A DNA stretch of 61,564 bases, counting the filler, from Stramenopiles sp. TOSAG23-2 (taxonomy: Eukaryota): NCBI GenBank assembly GCA_900128395.1. It is 3 parts of 3 records of this genome, joined end to end, with 100 filler letters (N's around TTAATTAATTAA, not from the genome) between each part and the next. Parts side by side here need not be neighbours in the genome. Positions count along the whole stretch, not along the records: positions 1 to 25,681 come from LT649448.1; 2 more parts are not named here. One strand, written 5' to 3'. Below are positions 1-10,320 of the stretch, piece by piece. A model generated the notes under the pieces. It had not been told where the DNA came from, ran no database searches, and saw only the letters and a program-made list of their open reading frames with translations. Made by a program: the position numbers and the translations under genes. Numbering within the stretch: position 1 is the first letter of the stretch; the number at the start of each line of letters is the position of its first letter.

Positions 1-525
1 ACTAGAAATAGTAATGTGGTAAAGCACTATAAAGGTGTTTACAACGAGACATGAAATTAAACTTTTTAAGTATAATTAGAATAATATAGGTTATTTTTAA
101 CAAACCAAAGATCATTATTTATAGACTATTCATTCGAATGCTATATCCTATGGTCTAGAATCCCTTAAAAAGAACATGCAATGCTAGGCCCGCGGCAATT
201 ATAAGCTGAGCTACAATAGCACCTGCCGGTGGTGGTAGAATACTATAAGGTATATACTACTATTATTCTATAATTAGAATAGTGCAATAGATGAATAGAT
301 TAAGATATGCACATATACAGAAAAGATATTATGCATATTTTAAAAATAGATGTGTGTGTATATTCGACTGTGATATAAATGTTGTATATATATATAGTAT
401 ATACAGATACCAGCAATTCTTCGGCAAGTATAGTACTGGTAGTATATTATACCATATATAGTATATACATATATATATAAATTAATTCTTGAGTATATGT
501 TATAAATACATATATATATATAACC

Positions 526-3500
526 ATGTCTACCTCGTCGACCAAGAATAATGTAGCTTTAAAAATGTCCATTTTCATAGTAAATACACCATGGAAAGCA
601 TTATGTATCTTTGCACTTCTTCCATTTTTACTTTCGTGTATATCAATGCCATTTTTTAAATTAAATGATTTAGATGGATGGGATGTTAGGGAATCGGCAA
701 GTTCAAAAGCGCAAGATGCATGGGATTTAGCTATTGAAGATTTAAGAATATCAGATGTAGAAGGTGATGCTGCTTCTACTGCTATTATTAATGGAAGCAA
801 AACACGTAAAAATAAAGGGCCAACGTTGACTTTATTTATTGAAAATATCTCTGGAGAAAAAAATATGTTATCAAATAATGGGTTATCGTACTTACGATGG
901 TTAGAATCAAAAATATCAAATGAAAAAATATGGACTGATAATTGTCAATTAAATTTGAACAGTGAGACTATGTGTAAACCTCCTCAAACATTGATTGAAA
1001 TGTTGAACATTGAAGTCCCGTCGTTTTTTTCATCGTGTAATAATAATGATGATGATAAAGACTTTGTAAAGGACGATTGTACTGCCATTTCAACAGAAAA
1101 TCGCTTAAATTTATTAAATCATTTACATTTGGAAAAATATGATATGTTTGTCATGAATTCATTTAAAAATACAAATGTATCCAGCGTCATTCAATCAAAG
1201 TATAGATTTGGCTTGCCAGTTGATGGTTATGATTCAGCAGATAAAAGTTTAAAAAAGCAAGAATCCAAAGTTAAAAAACAAATTATATTATTAAAAGAAT
1301 GGTTAGATACAGTAGTTGTTACTAATAAAGATGATTTTAGGGTTTATTATTTATTTTCCGGAATTGGTGGGTATAGTGCACAGAAGCAATTGATTGCAGA
1401 TGGTAGTTTTGCAACTGGTTCTATATTGTTCGTCTTAGCAGTCATGGCATTTCATACACGCTCAATAGCAATTGCATCTTTAGGAATGTTGCAAATTTTA
1501 ATTTCTTTTCCAAGTACATATTTTTTTTATCGTTTGATTTTTCAAATTGAACACTTTGGTACCTTACAAGTATTGGCTATCTATGTCATATTGGGTATAG
1601 GGGCAGATGATATTTTTGTATTATATGATGCATTCATGCAAGCACCGACGACGTTTGATGATAATACTACTGGCGAAAGCCAAGATGAAAAATTAGCATT
1701 GTCAAAACGTTTAGCATGGTCATTGACAAGGGCAGTTTCTGCAATGACTACAACATCATTAACTACATGGGCAGCATTTGTTGTTACCGCTTTCAGTCCA
1801 ATAATAAATATTAGATGTTTTGGCGTATTTGCATCTATCATGGTCATGGTAAATTTTTTATTATGTATTATGATTACTCCATGTTTAATTATTTTAGTGC
1901 ATACTGGACAATTTAAATGTTGTTGTGACAAATGCAATAAATCGACTGGAAACCGTGTGCAACAAGCCAATGATGAGAAGAATGATAAAATACAACATAT
2001 AGAAAATAAAAAAAGTCAAGAAAAAGAAGATCAACATGGTACTATCAAATTGCGTCGTGTTGAATCATTTTTTCAAAATCAATTTGCTCCATTTATATTA
2101 AAGTGGCGAGTACCAATACTGCTTTTATTAATCGGTTTGGTTAGTTTTTTTGCATATTTTGCGTCAAAATTGAAACCAAGCGATGAACAAATTGGTAATA
2201 TTTGGCCGGATACACATCCTGTGAAAATTGCATATGATTTACAAGGTGATGAATTTTTAAAAGGTGAAGGTCGATATTTACGCCTTCGGGCTGTCTTTGG
2301 ATTTCGTCCACCTGGAATTGATCGTACTGGATTGCCTCCATTTGACCCAACAAAATTAGGCACTATCCTTTGGGATGATGATTTTGATATGACTACAGAA
2401 GCATCACAAAGCCATTATCAATATGTAGTTGATGAAATTAAAAAAGTTGAAAATGTACGTAAAGTCGATTCATTAATGTCCGACATGAAACTTTTTAGAA
2501 CAATGAGTATGATTCCAAATCCTGAATCACCGATACCACGAGAATATTTTTTAAAAAATCTATCGGCAATGCTAAAATCACCATTAGGGGCACGTGCAAA
2601 GGGAACTGAAATGGTAATGTATGATGATAATAGTAAACTAAAACTTGTCAGTTTTATTATTCAAATGGACCATCCATGGACGTGGCCTGTATCTGAAAAA
2701 TCACGTGAAAGAGATGAAATTGATAAAGTATTAAATGAAGCAAATAAAAATGGGCCTAAAACATTAAATGGTGGGATGCAAGTAAGTTCTTCTCATGTAT
2801 GGATGGATTGTCAATTGCGATTGACAACTGCATCTACATTTGGTTTAATTATTGCATTTCCATTAGCCTTTGTGATCGTTTTTTGGGCTACAAAATCGAT
2901 TTTAACGACCGTTGCAGCTTTATTAACAATTGGTAGTATTGTAAATGTTGTACTCGGTATGATGGTTTTGGCCGGATGGGCTTTAGGCTTTATGGAATCC
3001 ATATGTGTCACCGTAATAGTCGGTCTTGCTGTTGATTATGTCGTACATTATTCTATTTCATATACACAAGTTTTCAATCATAAAGATGCTGGAAATGAAT
3101 CAATATCCATGCAAAAAGTTTTAAATAATGCAGTGACTGAATGTTTAGTAGAATTAGGAGTATCAGTCCTTGGTGGAGCAAGTTCTACATTTGGTGCTGC
3201 GCTTTTCTTGATGATGTGCGTCATTAAATATTTACGTATTTTTGGTTTATTTCTTGCAATGACTATTGGTTCATCGGTTGTGTTAGCAACCATCATGTTT
3301 CCTTTGATTTTAAGTTTTATTGGAAGATTAGATCTTGAACGCGCATTATTGGGGAAAATATGTGGTGACAAATGTATTGGTGAGACATCATCATCTAAAA
3401 GCAATATCAATATTAATGTTGATGATCAATTAACAGGCATCAAAGAAGATACAGAAGGTGGTCCAATTGCAACAAGTAATGTTGGTGGGAATAATGATGC

Positions 3501-3546
3501 AGGTAATTATAAATTACCAGCTAGAAAAAATGATACGACTTCGTAG
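526..3546 (+). CDS. Dispatched/Patched-family RND membrane protein with sterol-sensing domain
   Basis: 1006-aa ORF, two hydrophobic TM clusters separated by large loops, GIGADDIFV (GxxxDD) and GLAVDY motifs typical of Dispatched-like RND proteins. Confidence 0.9.
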   Translation: MSTSSTKNNVALKMSIFIVNTPWKALCIFALLPFLLSCISMPFFKLNDLDGWDVRESASSKAQDAWDLAIEDLRISDVEGDAASTAIINGSKTRKNKGPTLTLFIENISGEKNMLSNNGLSYLRWLESKISNEKIWTDNCQLNLNSETMCKPPQTLIEMLNIEVPSFFSSCNNNDDDKDFVKDDCTAISTENRLNLLNHLHLEKYDMFVMNSFKNTNVSSVIQSKYRFGLPVDGYDSADKSLKKQESKVKKQIILLKEWLDTVVVTNKDDFRVYYLFSGIGGYSAQKQLIADGSFATGSILFVLAVMAFHTRSIAIASLGMLQILISFPSTYFFYRLIFQIEHFGTLQVLAIYVILGIGADDIFVLYDAFMQAPTTFDDNTTGESQDEKLALSKRLAWSLTRAVSAMTTTSLTTWAAFVVTAFSPIINIRCFGVFASIMVMVNFLLCIMITPCLIILVHTGQFKCCCDKCNKSTGNRVQQANDEKNDKIQHIENKKSQEKEDQHGTIKLRRVESFFQNQFAPFILKWRVPILLLLIGLVSFFAYFASKLKPSDEQIGNIWPDTHPVKIAYDLQGDEFLKGEGRYLRLRAVFGFRPPGIDRTGLPPFDPTKLGTILWDDDFDMTTEASQSHYQYVVDEIKKVENVRKVDSLMSDMKLFRTMSMIPNPESPIPREYFLKNLSAMLKSPLGARAKGTEMVMYDDNSKLKLVSFIIQMDHPWTWPVSEKSRERDEIDKVLNEANKNGPKTLNGGMQVSSSHVWMDCQLRLTTASTFGLIIAFPLAFVIVFWATKSILTTVAALLTIGSIVNVVLGMMVLAGWALGFMESICVTVIVGLAVDYVVHYSISYTQVFNHKDAGNESISMQKVLNNAVTECLVELGVSVLGGASSTFGAALFLMMCVIKYLRIFGLFLAMTIGSSVVLATIMFPLILSFIGRLDLERALLGKICGDKCIGETSSSKSNININVDDQLTGIKEDTEGGPIATSNVGGNNDAGNYKLPARKNDTTS

Positions 3547-3835
3547 TGCTGAGTGAATTTTTATATTGAAATTTATGAGACCTCGTGAAATATGATACGT
3601 ACGAAAGTATATATAAATATTAATAATATATATATATATTAAATATAGTAAATTAAAAAGTTAAGAGATATGCATTAATTTTTTAATTTTTTAAAAAATA
3701 TATGTAATATATATAATATATTTTTTAATTTTACGTTCGTATTCGTATGATAATATATTACTGTATACATATTTTTTTTTATTTTAGACTATACTCGTAC
3801 GTTCGTATTTTTTTTTATATTTTAATTTTTTTTTT

Positions 3836-5607
3836 TTAAAGAACCCCCCAAGGTTTAATATCAATACTGTCAAATACAGATTGATCCTCATTCAAAATGA
3901 AATCCATTTGCAATGATGTAGGTGTAGCGGATAAGCGACTGTATCCCCATGCGTTTAAATGATTGACGCTATAATTTCCATACAATGTACTGTTGAATCC
4001 GCATACTTCCAAACTCGCACCAGCGCTACCAATTACACTATGGACGGTTCCGGTACCGTCTTTAGTACATTTTTGTTTATATACTTTGCAAGTTCTTTCA
4101 TAATTATGTTGATGCCCATATAACATTAAATTGACTTGGTACTTGTAAATCAAATCTTCCATTTCCTCTTGCATATTTAAACTTACTTTATAATCTGCAT
4201 CTTCACACATTTGCGTTGTGTACATCATACGATGTCCAGTCAATATGACCCATGGAGTCGATGTACGATTGACACTTGCTAGATCTTGTTCAAGAAATTT
4301 ATATTGCTCGGAACCTTTGGTCCAATCATGTTCCGTACTCATCATTACAATATGTACAGGGCCAACGTTGAAGCTATACCAAAAGATCCCGTTTGTTTTT
4401 GCATTATATGGTGTCATCATTGGTGCTTTGAAACGATTGTACATCGGTACGCCACATTCACCGTTACTATCATCACCTAAATTCCCCCAACCTGGATGCC
4501 AACCTGCGGAAGTACGGACACCTGAAGGATCATGTGACATGCCGCCTTCCGTATGGTCATACTCATGATTGCCAATAGAAATCATATACGGTATTTGTGC
4601 TGCGAGTGGTTCTACTACATGAAACCATTTTTCCCATTGCCATGCTTGTCCTCGTGCATAGCTGATATCACCAAAGTGTATTAAAAATTGATTATAACCA
4701 CCTGTAAATACATCTTTCATAACATTCGTTGCCGTTGTCATTCCTTCTTGATATCCCATATCTGCATAGGCAATAAATTTAATACTTGCATCCAAATCAT
4801 CTTCCGCTGGGCGAGTAATAAATGATCTCTCTGAGGAAAATAAGAAATTATTATTACCGTTATGTCCGTAAATATAAAAATATTCCGTCGATGGTTTTAA
4901 ACCTTTTAATAATACATGATGTATCATACCTGGGTCCCGAAACCATAATTGCATGGTTTGATTTGCTGGACTTTGGCACATATCAGATGCATCATAAGTA
5001 ATAGATTTTCCTGTAAATATATTTTTTTTTCTCCTCCCTTTGTCAAACCAACTTTCACTACTGGCGTATCATGCGATCCACTGACGAAAGATACCCACAT
5101 CTCCCCGTGTTTATCTGCATATGATATATGACCTTGAGTTGGCATATCATTGCCACCCTTCACTTTTACCGTAAATGTTGCAATTGCTTTACCTGTTGTC
5201 CCTACCATAGAAATATATGTAAATATATAATTGCATCTCATATTAACTAACGAGTTTAATAAATGTACACTTCCAGTTGTAGATGATACATTTAAAAGAT
5301 CCAAATAGTCTGTAGCACTTTGAACAGGTCCACAACTAACAGTTATAAAATCATTTCCAGATACAGCACTTTTCATGTCTTCCCAGTATATATTTACATC
5401 AGCACCATTTTCAATAATAGCAGGTTTAACATAGAATTTTGCATCTTCACGAATATCTTCTTGAATTTCATTAATTAGAATATTATTATTATGTCTTTTG
5501 GCTGATAATTGTTTTCCTAAAAAATATTCTGGTGGATGTTCTCCAGCATATGCATCTTTGCAAAATGCAATAATAAATAATAACAATACGATTGGAATTA
5601 ATTTCAT
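3836..5607 (-). CDS. Purple acid phosphatase (secreted; FN3-like + metallophosphoesterase), split by an apparent frameshift at an A9 run (5022-5030)
   Basis: Signal peptide MKLIPIVLLLFIIAF from ATG 5607; ADMG, GDISY, GNHE, GHR and GHQH motifs in ORF 3836..4981; the two overlapping ORFs join as ...GGEK-K-NIFTGKSITYDASDMC if one A is added. Confidence 0.88.
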
Positions 5608-6104
5608 TTTGTATCCTTCTATTCGTTGTCTCTTCTTTGTTGTTAAACTGTATTTCGCGTCAATATATATATAGAGTATATCCACTGTATACAGTTGACA
5701 TTTTAATTTGTATATATAATATTGTCGCGTGTGATGTGCATATACATGTTCGATTTGAAGTTCGGCGGAGATAGAGGATAGAGGAATTTAGTGAATTTAA
5801 AAAATCCTAGCATGGGGTTAGCATTGCAGGATTTTTTCAGGTTCATGTAAATAATTAGACACTTTCCTTAAATGAAAACTTTAAAATTTTAAAATTTTTT
5901 AACAAATAGAGGTGTAGAGAAGAGCACAAGAAATAAAAAATATAATAATAATAATTGAAAAAATAATAATATGATGCATAGCACGTTGCCATAAGAATTT
6001 TAAATTTTTAATTTTTATAGCACTTGCTATACGCGGTCGTACCTGTAAAATATATTTTAAATTATAAAATGCTTCTCCTCCCTTCTTATAATTTACATCT
6101 CTTT

Positions 6105-6998
6105 TTACAAGGAAGCTGCACCTATCAAATTCAATGATTGTTTAAATATACGATCTAAACAAAAATCTAATGCAATTTCAGAGACGTACTTTGGTCTATC
6201 TTGCAACATATTGTGCCCACATGCTTCTGGTACAATTAAAGCAACATCGTTACTCATTTCTTGCAACGTATTATATGCTTCCATCGAGCCACCTGGATTA
6301 GCAACTAAATTTGGATCGAATTCTCCTGTATATATCGCAATCGGAAAATTATACGAACGTTTCAACGCCATTGCTGAAAATTTAGCAGCATCTTTATAAA
6401 TTCCTTTTGATGTTGCATGCATTGCTAATCGAGATCCTAATGTCCATTTATGAACATGGCATTTTTTTTCATCAATATAATTATCTTCATACAAATTCAA
6501 TCGTTGCACCTTTTCTTGGGCCAATACATGTGACATTTTTTGTAAGGCAGGCCATTCTTTGTCCAATGAATTTCCTACGCTGAAATCTCCTAAAATTGCA
6601 CCAATGCAATTTTTCTCTTGAGTTGCTGCATAAACCAAAGCTGCTCTGGAGCCCCATGCAGTTCCCCATGCTATTGCTTTTGAAAAATTCAATATATGAA
6701 TTACTTCTGCTGCATCTTCCGCATATTGATCAAACGTAAATTGCTCGCTTCCAGATTTTTCTTTTGGAAGTGGTATTGAATTACCTGCACCGCGTATATC
6801 ATGTGCAATAAAAGCAACCCCAGCATTTGCAAATATTGCACCGGTGATGTCCCATAAATATTTATTATTGAAACCAGCATTAAAACCTATAATACAATAT
6901 TCATTACTAATTGGTAATGTTGGTTTATGAATCCTAGTTGATATGATGACTCCTGATTGAAGAGTTATATCGCGTTCTTCAACAGTAAATGATGACAT
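6105..6998 (-). CDS. Alpha/beta-hydrolase fold protein with non-canonical nucleophile elbow
   Basis: HDIRGAGNS, FDQYAEDAAEVI, GTAWGS elbow, GEFDP and CGH..QDRP motifs. Confidence 0.8.
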   Translation of the reverse strand: MSSFTVEERDITLQSGVIISTRIHKPTLPISNEYCIIGFNAGFNNKYLWDITGAIFANAGVAFIAHDIRGAGNSIPLPKEKSGSEQFTFDQYAEDAAEVIHILNFSKAIAWGTAWGSRAALVYAATQEKNCIGAILGDFSVGNSLDKEWPALQKMSHVLAQEKVQRLNLYEDNYIDEKKCHVHKWTLGSRLAMHATSKGIYKDAAKFSAMALKRSYNFPIAIYTGEFDPNLVANPGGSMEAYNTLQEMSNDVALIVPEACGHNMLQDRPKYVSEIALDFCLDRIFKQSLNLIGAASL

Positions 6999-7459
6999 GA
7001 TAATGTTTCTTTTTCTTTTACTATTCTTTTATTATCTCTGATAGTTTGTTGATTTATAAGCTGGTATACTACGTATATATATATATATATATATATGCAA
7101 TGTACTAGACTTTACGACACTGTTGGTATATTATCTTGATATCTCTATTCGTTTATGTTTATTACATCATATTATATATATATGGGGGTATATTATTATA
7201 GGTAGGAATGACTTGATGTGGGACAAGATACCAGTATTTTTAGTATAATATTTAATATTTTTTTTTTAAATGTTTTATATTTATTTAAGACACCACAGCA
7301 TGTTTGAAAAAAAAATTATACCAGGATCGAATGATTTCTAGTCTGTCTCTCCCCCTCCCTCCTCGCTTCTCCTGGTATGAGTATAGATGGCGTCTTTATT
7401 CGATGATTAATTTGAAACACAATTAATTAATATTATTATTCACAATGTTTTTAGTCATC

Positions 7460-9433
7460 TTATTTGGATATCTCTTGTTTTACAATCACTGGTGTAGTTT
7501 GTTGAACAATAACTGGTGCTTGTTGAACAATGACTGGTGCTGAATTCACTACAACAACAGGTGCACTAGATACAACCACCTGATTCTTAGGTGGCAACGT
7601 AACCGTCACGGCCGTTTCTGCAGCTTTATCACCATATTCTTTCACAAATGCTTCATAATTGCCAGATGAATGATATTGAAACCATGGTCCTTTTGCATAG
7701 TCTGAATTATAAAACTCTTCCATTCCTCTTCCTTCTTCAAATGCTTTTTTTTTTGATAACTTTCTGTTGTAGGTGATTAAACAAAAACAGAAAAATGCCA
7801 TCAAAGCACAAATTATTAAATGTATCGATCGCATAGGATTTGCAATATCAAAACAACGAGAAACATTAAAATATAATGCAAACCATACAAACGGCATAAA
7901 TATACGGATGAGTCCTAATAATGCAGCACGTCCAGATTTAGCAGTTGCCTGTATATCCATCGGTATTTGTTTGAGCAATAATCCTTCTGCACCAGCACCA
8001 AGGCCCGTCGGACAGGTAACTACTGAAATTATGGCAAACCCAATAATATTACCGTTAGATGGAGGTAAAATTGCATTTAAAAGCAGTTTCAAGCTGAGGA
8101 ATATTAGTAATGGGATCCATATTCCATATAAATCACCAAATTTATCAACCATGATTGGTAATACACAAATGGCCACAATGAGATTAAAAAATCCTTCGAT
8201 GAAAGCTATAATGCCACGCGATCCACTATCAATACCGTGTTTCTCTTGCATCCACGCAAAACCAATTTCACCAGTAGTGGCTAATATATACGAGCATATC
8301 AAAATGATCATTAAAATCCTCAGCAGTTTTGTTGATAAGAAAAGAGGCCTTAGATTGTTCCATGGCATTGATTTAGAATCGCATTTTCTCTCTTTAACAT
8401 ACTCTTTCGCAGTTGCTTCCGTTTTCTCAGTTGGTCTCAATGTTTCTGGAATAACGAAATACCAATATAATTGGGCAAGAACTTCACAAATAAAACCAAT
8501 AAGCATCGATACGCCTACACCTCCTTGAAACCTAGTCTCTGATCCTTTGCAATACTTTGAACCTGGTTCCATATCAGCAACACATCCTCGTGGATCAGGA
8601 TATTTACAAACTCCTCCTTCTGCATCTGCACAGCTTTGTGTAACAGCAGGTCCGCATACCATTGGATTCGTTATCGTTCGATTTGTAACGTATGTATGTT
8701 CAGGACAACGGCATTTTGTGAACTCATTACCTCCAGCAATAAAGTTGAAAATGATAATGTTGATGACAAAACTGATACCCATCCACATTACCAACGCAAT
8801 TCCAAATCGTACCCAAATTCCAGTCACCCCACCATGTTTACCTCTCTCCCAGGTTTCTTTTGAAAAAAGATCACGGAAATATCCGGTTCGTATCGTATCG
8901 GAAACAGCACCCATAGCAAAGAGAGGTGAAGTGAGAAGAATCAACCATACAGGTCTTGGAAAGAATGTTAGTTGGAAAACATACACCAAACGACCTCCCA
9001 TTCCAATCAACATAATATTTTTACGCCCAACACGATCCGCTATACGACCAAGCAGTGGCAAAAGGCAAAACACAAATATACCTTCCAATGACCTTTGCGT
9101 AGTTCGAATCAAAACGACATATTCTAGGTCATATTCCCCATAAAACAATAAATAGTCTAGACTTCCCAAACCTTGTGCTACCCATCCAAACAAAATAATC
9201 ATGTACCACCCAAACAGTAACTTGAAGGCTTTCCATGGCGTAATTCCCATCCGTTTTTTGAATTCAGCCTCATGCATTTCTTTTGAATTGTCCACAGAAA
9301 ATTCCGCTGTTGCTTGTTCAAGCCTTGACTTGTTGGATGCATTTTGTAATATTGACAGTCCTCCTAGTCCGTACCCACCCATATCGGCGCCTCCACCCAT
9401 GTCGATGCCACCCATGTCGCCACCACCGTCCAT
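7460..9433 (-). CDS. Major facilitator superfamily transporter (TetA/DHA1-like)
   Basis: MFS motif A GRIADRVGRK, about 12 hydrophobic segments, Cys-rich loop between helices. Confidence 0.85.
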   Translation of the reverse strand: MDGGGDMGGIDMGGGADMGGYGLGGLSILQNASNKSRLEQATAEFSVDNSKEMHEAEFKKRMGITPWKAFKLLFGWYMIILFGWVAQGLGSLDYLLFYGEYDLEYVVLIRTTQRSLEGIFVFCLLPLLGRIADRVGRKNIMLIGMGGRLVYVFQLTFFPRPVWLILLTSPLFAMGAVSDTIRTGYFRDLFSKETWERGKHGGVTGIWVRFGIALVMWMGISFVINIIIFNFIAGGNEFTKCRCPEHTYVTNRTITNPMVCGPAVTQSCADAEGGVCKYPDPRGCVADMEPGSKYCKGSETRFQGGVGVSMLIGFICEVLAQLYWYFVIPETLRPTEKTEATAKEYVKERKCDSKSMPWNNLRPLFLSTKLLRILMIILICSYILATTGEIGFAWMQEKHGIDSGSRGIIAFIEGFFNLIVAICVLPIMVDKFGDLYGIWIPLLIFLSLKLLLNAILPPSNGNIIGFAIISVVTCPTGLGAGAEGLLLKQIPMDIQATAKSGRAALLGLIRIFMPFVWFALYFNVSRCFDIANPMRSIHLIICALMAFFCFCLITYNRKLSKKKAFEEGRGMEEFYNSDYAKGPWFQYHSSGNYEAFVKEYGDKAAETAVTVTLPPKNQVVVSSAPVVVVNSAPVIVQQAPVIVQQTTPVIVKQEISK

Positions 9434-10320
9434 CTTTTTTTTTTTTCAACAATATATAGTATAATTTCGTTTCCACAATAATCTGGGAAACACTGCAATT
9501 AATTTATAGATCAATTGCCTATTGTGTTCGTTTGTTTGTTTCTTTGTTTGTTTGTTTGTTTCTTCATGTAATACATTGCATACTCCGTATACATCAATAC
9601 CGCTTATTTTTTTTGGATATGAGTCAGACACAGAAGAACTTTGCCAGGTTTGCTACGTGTGGTGTCCTCCGCCTCCATCACTTCTTTTTGGACAAATTAT
9701 CCACCGTATTATTATTATAGGAATAGCATTGATGTAAGAATGCGGAAAAGATATCAAATTTTAACGAAAATTTTCGATCATTCAAATTTTAGAAGGTGGG
9801 TTTAAATTCAAGTGGATTATTTCAATTATACATGTATTAAAAAAAAAAATGAACTTCAATTATATTTCATTATGTTTATTTGTAGATATTTATTCCATTA
9901 TTCGGATCTTACTATTTATTTTTTTAAAATAAAATTTGTAATATTAGTATTTTATGTTTTCCAATTGCAATGCTATTTATATCTTTGTTTTGGATTTCCA
10001 GATTCCTACGCTGGAAAAACGAAAAAACTTTCAAGCCTAATTAACTTTTAACCCTAATTTCAACTAGAGTAGAATTGAATGAAATAATAGGTAATAGGCC
10101 TTTTTTTTTTGTCATCATTGCTTTGCCATTCATAAATTAAAATAATTATATAGTTTTTTTATTTGTACAAGAAGTGTTTTATATTTCATTTATGTGTTCT
10201 TTCGTTGTCAAATCTATATAACAAAGGAAAATTATTTCAATTCATAGATACATATATATATATATATATATACATATTTGTTGCAATAATTAATCAAAAA
10301 AATATAATATACACACTACC

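Noticed and set aside
7773-9464. Long antisense ORFs over the MFS gene (also over kinesin, ARM, VPS9 and other genes)
   Set aside because: Shadow frames of real genes with no recognisable motifs
10049-10057. TAACCCTAA telo-box-like word upstream of eIF2B-epsilon
   Set aside because: Single imperfect occurrence, compatible with chance
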